Virus record (IMG/VR): IMGVR_UViG_2619619129_000007
Location: 1 to 10,087 of that record
DNA length: 10,087 bases
Origin: a virus
Lineage: Duplodnaviria > Heunggongvirae > Uroviricota > Caudoviricetes
Strand: one strand, 5' to 3'
Both the position numbers and the translations under genes were made by a program. Shown here piece after piece: positions 6,535 to 10,087 of this stretch (position 1 is the stretch's first letter; every line of letters begins with the position of its first letter). The notes under the pieces were generated by a model that saw only the letters and a list, made by a program, of their open reading frames with translations, was not told the origin of the DNA and did not search any database.

Positions 6535-6861
6535 ATGGTTTTTTCAGCATTAAATATTTATCATTCATATGGTGTGGGTAGAGTGAATATTGATGAGGCG
6601 TCGGGGTGTTTCATCCTTAGGCAGCGTATTGATATAGTCAATGCAGGACGAGCAAAGGCCTTCAGCCGTTTGACAGTTTTGTTCTGTACTCCTGATCGTC
6701 TTTCGGGAAGAGACGTTATTATTCTGAATAGTGATGCTATACAGAGGGTTTGCGATGAGTTCATGGTTGCTAATTCAGAATTATTTGCTCTTGTTCAGGA
6801 GTACAACAGAATAGCCAGGACCTGTGGTATGGATGAACTTCGGATTACTCATCTGGGGTAG
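6535..6861 (+). CDS. Hypothetical cargo protein (about 108 aa), unrecognised
   Basis: ORF in moderately AT-rich DNA after tRNA-Arg. First in-frame ATG at 6535 (track start 6508 is a TTG); in-frame GTGs at 6574 and 6583 are alternatives. Candidate promoter TTGTCA-N16-TAAGTA at about 6478-6505. No family recognised; coding status unproven. Confidence 0.4.
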   Translation: MVFSALNIYHSYGVGRVNIDEASGCFILRQRIDIVNAGRAKAFSRLTVLFCTPDRLSGRDVIILNSDAIQRVCDEFMVANSELFALVQEYNRIARTCGMDELRITHLG

Positions 6862-7253
6862 ATACATATCTGGATTATCACTTGTTACGGTAAAAAGTGA
6901 TTGCTTACTGTTTTTGTGAGTGGCATTGCAGCAGCCGGATAATGTCAGTGCTGGCTGACGGTGTGCTGGTGGCGGGTGTGGTGGTTGTTGCTTTCCCGTT
7001 GCTGAAAAAGAAAACGCCAGACTGTTAGCCGGGTATCAGTTAGCGGGAGAAATTTTTAAATACTTCACAATTCAGGCGGTTGACTGTTGTCTGGTTTGCG
7101 GGGAGTTTGTTAAAAGAAACTGGCATGGTGAATCCCCCTGTGCGGAGGGGCAATCAGCGAGTAGGTATATGGGATAATCGCGGATTCAGGTGCTGGTACT
7201 GAATTCACCGGGAGGCACCCGGCACCATGCAATGGCACATAGCGCCACTCTCC

Positions 7254-7290
7254 AGCCCCTCTCCGGAGGGGCTGTTTATATTGATTTTGT
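7254..7290 (+). terminator. Strong intrinsic terminator closing the plus-strand cargo unit
   Basis: AGCCCCTC-TCCG-GAGGGGCT: 8-bp perfect stem, followed on the + strand by GTTTATATTGATTTTGT. No U tract on the minus side. Confidence 0.6.
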
Positions 7291-7308
7291 CAGATGTGAG
7301 TAAACTCC

Positions 7309-7644
7309 TTATGGACTTTGTTGTTTTAGTCCATAAGGACATATTTGCAGAGTGCAACGGTTATTAAAGCATTCATTCAATACGTTATCTGTATTTGTAG
7401 GACATTCCTGGCTGTTTTTGATTAAATTCCAGAATGTTTTATTGAATGGTACTACGTTGTAAATGGTTACAGGTAGCACTTTGTTATTGAGCATGATACC
7501 TGTGTGAGTCAGTGTAAATATACTTTCAGGAGGTAAGAAAGCATCCGATTGATACCAGATTATTAATTTTATTTTACTCCATATGACTGAAAAAGATATT
7601 CCGCATGATGGCTGGATAACTGTATCAATCACAATCCACTTCAT
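7309..7644 (-). CDS. Hypothetical Cys-containing protein (111 aa) in strongly AT-rich DNA, transcribed against the late operon
   Basis: Minus-strand ORF with a good RBS (AAGGAAGCTAA then ATG at 7644). Translation [43 protein letters not shown]...[31 protein letters not shown]. No family recognised. Confidence 0.5.
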   Translation of the reverse strand: MKWIVIDTVIQPSCGISFSVIWSKIKLIIWYQSDAFLPPESIFTLTHTGIMLNNKVLPVTIYNVVPFNKTFWNLIKNSQECPTNTDNVLNECFNNRCTLQICPYGLKQQSP

Positions 7645-7904
7645 TTAGCTTCCTTGTTTATGCCTTGCTGGTGATGTTCTGAAAAGTATAAATGATATTT
7701 TTGAATATAAACCATAGAGCAGAATTATTTTTCTGATGTTGTTTATTGTTTATTTAAATGCAGGGTGGTTTATATCTCGTCTTGTAGTTTATCCATGCAT
7801 ATCTGCTTGATGATCAGGTTTCTATTTAAGGTATGGTTTTGTGTTTTTTCTGTGTTACATGTCTGGTATTTTAAAGAATTATTTTTCAGATGGTGGAAAG
7901 AACC

Positions 7905-8093
7905 ATGGCATTTAAACACTATGATGTTGTCAGGGCGGCGCCGCCGTCAGATCTTGCGGAAAAGCTGACACATAAACTGAAAGAGGGCTGGCAGCCGTTT
8001 GGTAGTCCGGTGGCCATAACCCCTTATACCCTGATGCAGGCGATTGCAGCAGAAGGTGATGTGGTGGTCAGTGGTGCAACTGAGCCCGAGTGA
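7905..8093 (+). CDS. Small DUF1737-like phage protein commonly found just upstream of holin genes
   Basis: Translation MAFKHYDVVRAAPPSDLAEKLTHKLKEGWQPFGSPVAITPYTLMQAIAAEGDVVVSGATEPE. Start chosen at the ATG at 7905 (GGAAAG upstream) rather than the track's 7890. Family name recalled from memory. Confidence 0.65.
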   Translation: MAFKHYDVVRAAPPSDLAEKLTHKLKEGWQPFGSPVAITPYTLMQAIAAEGDVVVSGATEPE

Positions 8094-8335
8094 TACTACG
8101 TCATCGTACTGGCCCGGCATTCCAGGCCATAAAAGACAGTCTGGCAGTGGGACTAAATGTACTGACGCTGACGGATATTACCAAAAATGCAACGTATGGC
8201 GTTGAGATAGAAAGTCTGGTGCTGGAGATAAATGCACCGGCATCATCATAAAAAGTGAGCCAGTCAAATGGAAGGTATCGTTAAACTCACCGGTAGTGTC
8301 AGTGGATCGTCTGAGACGCTTGCATGAGTTATCAG

Positions 8336-8368
8336 AGCCATCAGTAGTTAACTGGTGGCTTTTTTATT
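8336..8368 (+). terminator. Intrinsic terminator-like hairpin about 35 bp upstream of the holin start
   Basis: AGCCATCAG-TAGTTAA-CTGGTGGCT: 9-bp stem with one G-U pair, followed by TTTTTTATT. Confidence 0.5.
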
Positions 8369-8400
8369 GTTGTCAGCTTCCGGATAACGGGAGACGGGGT

Positions 8401-8616
8401 ATGGACCAGATGGAAAAAATCACAACAGGTGTGTCATACACCACGTCAGCGGTGGGAACGGGCTACTGGTTCCTGCAGTTGCTGGACAGGGTTTCCCCGT
8501 CTCAGTGGGCGGCAATAGGCGTGCTGGGGAGTCTGCTGTTTGGGCTGCTGACATATCTGACTAACCTGTATTTCAAAATCAGAGAGGACCGTCGTAAGGC
8601 GGCACGGGGAGAGTAA
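8401..8616 (+). CDS. Class II holin of the phage 21 S21 pinholin family (71 aa), with dual-start motif M-D-Q-M
   Basis: Translation [71 protein letters not shown] closely resembles S21 as recalled (...[14 protein letters not shown]...[21 protein letters not shown]). The track ORF from 8296 is an in-frame upstream extension. Confidence 0.88.
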   Translation: MDQMEKITTGVSYTTSAVGTGYWFLQLLDRVSPSQWAAIGVLGSLLFGLLTYLTNLYFKIREDRRKAARGE

Positions 8617-8620
8617 TTCA

Positions 8621-8971
8621 ATGACTCAAAACTATGAACTGATTGTGAAAGGGATCCGCAATTTTGAGAATAAAGTTACGGTAACTTTAGCGTTACGGGA
8701 CAAAAAACGCTTTGACGGTGAAATTTTTGACCTGGACATCTCGCTGGACCGTGTTGAAGGTGCCGCGCTGGAGTTTTATGAGGCAGCAGCCAGAATGAGC
8801 ATCAGACAGGTCTTCCTGGATGTTGCTGCCGGGTTATGTGAAGGGGATGAGCAGTCGCCGGAAAAGCGCCCCGTAATTTTAGAGGCGCAGAATGTATGGA
8901 TAACCTACAAAGGAAAGCTACCGGGAAGAATTACTGGTTCTCTGAAGACTCCTCCGGAATCACAACCTTAA
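8621..8971 (+). CDS. Hypothetical protein between holin and endolysin, YdfR-like (possibly DUF1327)
   Basis: 116-aa ORF starting 5 nt after the holin stop: MTQNYELIVKGIRNFENKVTVTLALRDKKRFDGEIFDLDISLDRVEGAALEFYEAAARMSIRQVFLDVAAG... A gene occupies this slot in K-12 Qin (ydfR); family number is from uncertain memory. Confidence 0.6.
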   Translation: MTQNYELIVKGIRNFENKVTVTLALRDKKRFDGEIFDLDISLDRVEGAALEFYEAAARMSIRQVFLDVAAGLCEGDEQSPEKRPVILEAQNVWITYKGKLPGRITGSLKTPPESQP

Positions 8972-9034
8972 GTCACTGACCGGAACAGATAAACCTGTCC
9001 GTGGGCAGAAACCGATAAATCCTGATAAATATCC

Positions 9035-9568
9035 ATGAACGCAAAAATCAGATACGGCCTGTCGGCTGCCGTTCTGGCACTGATTGCCGTCGGTGCGCCC
9101 GCGCCTGATATTCTCGACCAGTTTCTGGATGAAAAAGAAGGTAACCACACAACGGCATACCGCGATGGGTCCGGCATCTGGACCATCTGTCGGGGTGCCA
9201 CGATGGTGGATGGAAAACCCGTTTTTCCCGGTATGAAACTGTCGAAGGAAAAATGCGACCAGGTCAACGCCATTGAGCGTGATAAGGCGCTGGCATGGGT
9301 GGAGCGCAATATTAAAGTACTACTGACCGAACCACAAAAAGCGGGTATAGCGTCATTCTGTCCCTATAACATTGGCCCCGGTAAGTGTTTCCCGTCGACG
9401 TTTTATAAGCGGCTGAATGCCGGTGATCGTAAGGGCGCATGCGAGGCGATTCGCTGGTGGATAAAAGATGGTGGGCGCGATTGCCGCATACGTTCAAATA
9501 ACTGCTATGGACAGGTTATTCGTCGTGACCAGGAAAGCGCATTAGCCTGTTGGGGGATAGAGCAGTGA
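9035..9568 (+). CDS. SAR endolysin (phage lysozyme with N-terminal signal-anchor-release domain), R21/RrrQ-like, 177 aa
   Basis: N-terminal Gly/Ala-rich weakly hydrophobic segment [16 protein letters not shown] followed by a lysozyme-like E...D...T region ([22 protein letters not shown]). Pairs naturally with the pinholin. No obvious SD upstream. Confidence 0.85.
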   Translation: MNAKIRYGLSAAVLALIAVGAPAPDILDQFLDEKEGNHTTAYRDGSGIWTICRGATMVDGKPVFPGMKLSKEKCDQVNAIERDKALAWVERNIKVLLTEPQKAGIASFCPYNIGPGKCFPSTFYKRLNAGDRKGACEAIRWWIKDGGRDCRIRSNNCYGQVIRRDQESALACWGIEQ

Positions 9569-10026
9569 GCAGAGTCGCCGCGATTATTTATGCTTTGGTT
9601 ATCTGCATCATCGTCTGCCTGTCGTGGGCGGTCAATCATTACCGTGATAACGCCATCGCCTACAAAGAACAGCGTGATAAAAAAGTCAGTGAGCTGAAGC
9701 AGTCGATCGCCACCATCGCTGACATGCAGCAGCGTCAGCGTGATGTTGCTGCACTCGATGCAAAGTACTCGAGAGAATTAGCCAATGCGAAAGCTGAAAA
9801 TGAAACTCTGCGCGCTGATGTTGCCGCTGGTCGTCGTCGGTTGCACATCAAAGCAGTCTGTCAGTCAGTGCGTGAAGCCACCACCGCCTCCGGCGTGGAT
9901 AATGCAACCAGCCCCCGACTGGCAGACACCGCTGAACGGGATTATTTCACCCTCAGAGAGAGGCTGATCACTATGCAAAAACAACTGGAAGGAACCCAGA
10001 AGTATATTAATGAGCAGTGCAGATAG
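9562..10026 (+). CDS. Rz inner-membrane spanin (i-spanin), lambda Rz-like
   Basis: From GTG at 9562: [30 protein letters not shown]...[62 protein letters not shown], near-identical to lambda Rz as I recall it; overlaps the endolysin stop. Confidence 0.9.
   Translation, partial: AVSRVAAIIYALVICIIVCLSWAVNHYRDNAIAYKEQRDKKVSELKQSIATIADMQQRQRDVAALDAKYSRELANAKAENETLRADVAAGRRRLHIKAVCQSVREATTASGVDNATSPRLADTAERDYFTLRERLITMQKQLEGTQKYINEQCR
9785..9967 (+). CDS. Rz1 outer-membrane lipoprotein spanin (o-spanin), embedded in Rz in the +1 frame
   Basis: [60 protein letters not shown]: signal peptide with lipobox (VVGC), proline-rich mature part, fully nested in Rz as in lambda. Confidence 0.85.
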   Translation: MRKLKMKLCALMLPLVVVGCTSKQSVSQCVKPPPPPAWIMQPAPDWQTPLNGIISPSERG

Positions 10027-10087
10027 AGCTGCCCATATCGATGGGCAACTCATGCAATTATTGTGAGCAATACACACGCGCTTCCAG

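Noticed and set aside
6561-6764. 67-aa minus-strand ORF
   Set aside because: Antisense to the candidate cargo ORF 6535-6861 with no RBS. It does show that this stretch is open on both strands, which lowers confidence in the cargo ORF.
3972-6972. Chi sites (GCTGGTGG) at 3972-3979 and 6965-6972 on the + strand
   Set aside because: Two occurrences in 10 kb is within the normal range for E. coli-like DNA; not treated as a feature.
6400-7900. Shiga toxin genes stxA/stxB at the canonical Q-tRNA-stx-lysis position
   Set aside because: Looked for specifically; no ORF of the right size or with stx-like translation is present.
7765-7968. 67-aa + strand ORF in AT-rich DNA
   Set aside because: Low-complexity, Phe/Trp/Cys-rich translation typical of AT-rich non-coding DNA; overlaps the better-supported DUF1737-like gene in another frame.
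8296-8400. Upstream in-frame extension of the holin ORF (track 106-aa version)
   Set aside because: It would span the terminator hairpin, and S21-type holins are about 71 aa starting at the MDx-M dual start; the true start is taken as 8401.
8960-9497. Minus-strand track ORFs 8960..9148, 8968..9309 and 9312..9497
   Set aside because: Antisense to the SAR endolysin gene.
9865-10077. 70-aa minus-strand ORF
   Set aside because: Antisense to Rz/Rz1. The expected bor-like gene after Rz would lie beyond the window end.
1-10087. CRISPR arrays, rRNA genes, or long direct or tandem repeats
   Set aside because: No regularly spaced direct repeats, rRNA-like sequence or long duplications were seen on reading the window.

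Overview
This window reads as a Qin-like lambdoid prophage segment from an Escherichia/Shigella-type genome, running from the nin-equivalent region through the late-gene lysis cassette, with an IS26 copy at the left edge. All family assignments are from reading the translations and recalling known proteins; no database search was run. Left to right: partial IS26 (minus; IRL at 724-737); a 357-aa minus-strand orphan protein with an HEPN-like R-N-x3-H motif and four C-terminal Cys4 zinc ribbons; a 535-bp divergent intergenic region with the relBE promoter/operator; relB-relE-hokD; a rem-like ORF translationally coupled to a ydfU-like DUF968 protein; rusA; a Q-like antiterminator; pR'/tR'; tRNA-Ile2(CAU) and tRNA-Arg(UCU); a 1.5-kb AT-rich cargo gap holding unrecognised ORFs, a 28-codon hydrophobic ORF and a hairpin-rich element ending in an intrinsic terminator; DUF1737-like gene; S21-type pinholin; ydfR-like gene; SAR endolysin; lambda-like Rz with embedded Rz1. 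No stx genes, CRISPR array or rRNA were seen. The best candidates for something undescribed are the HEPN-like/zinc-ribbon orphan beside the toxin-antitoxin cluster and the cargo between tRNA-Arg and the lysis cassette.
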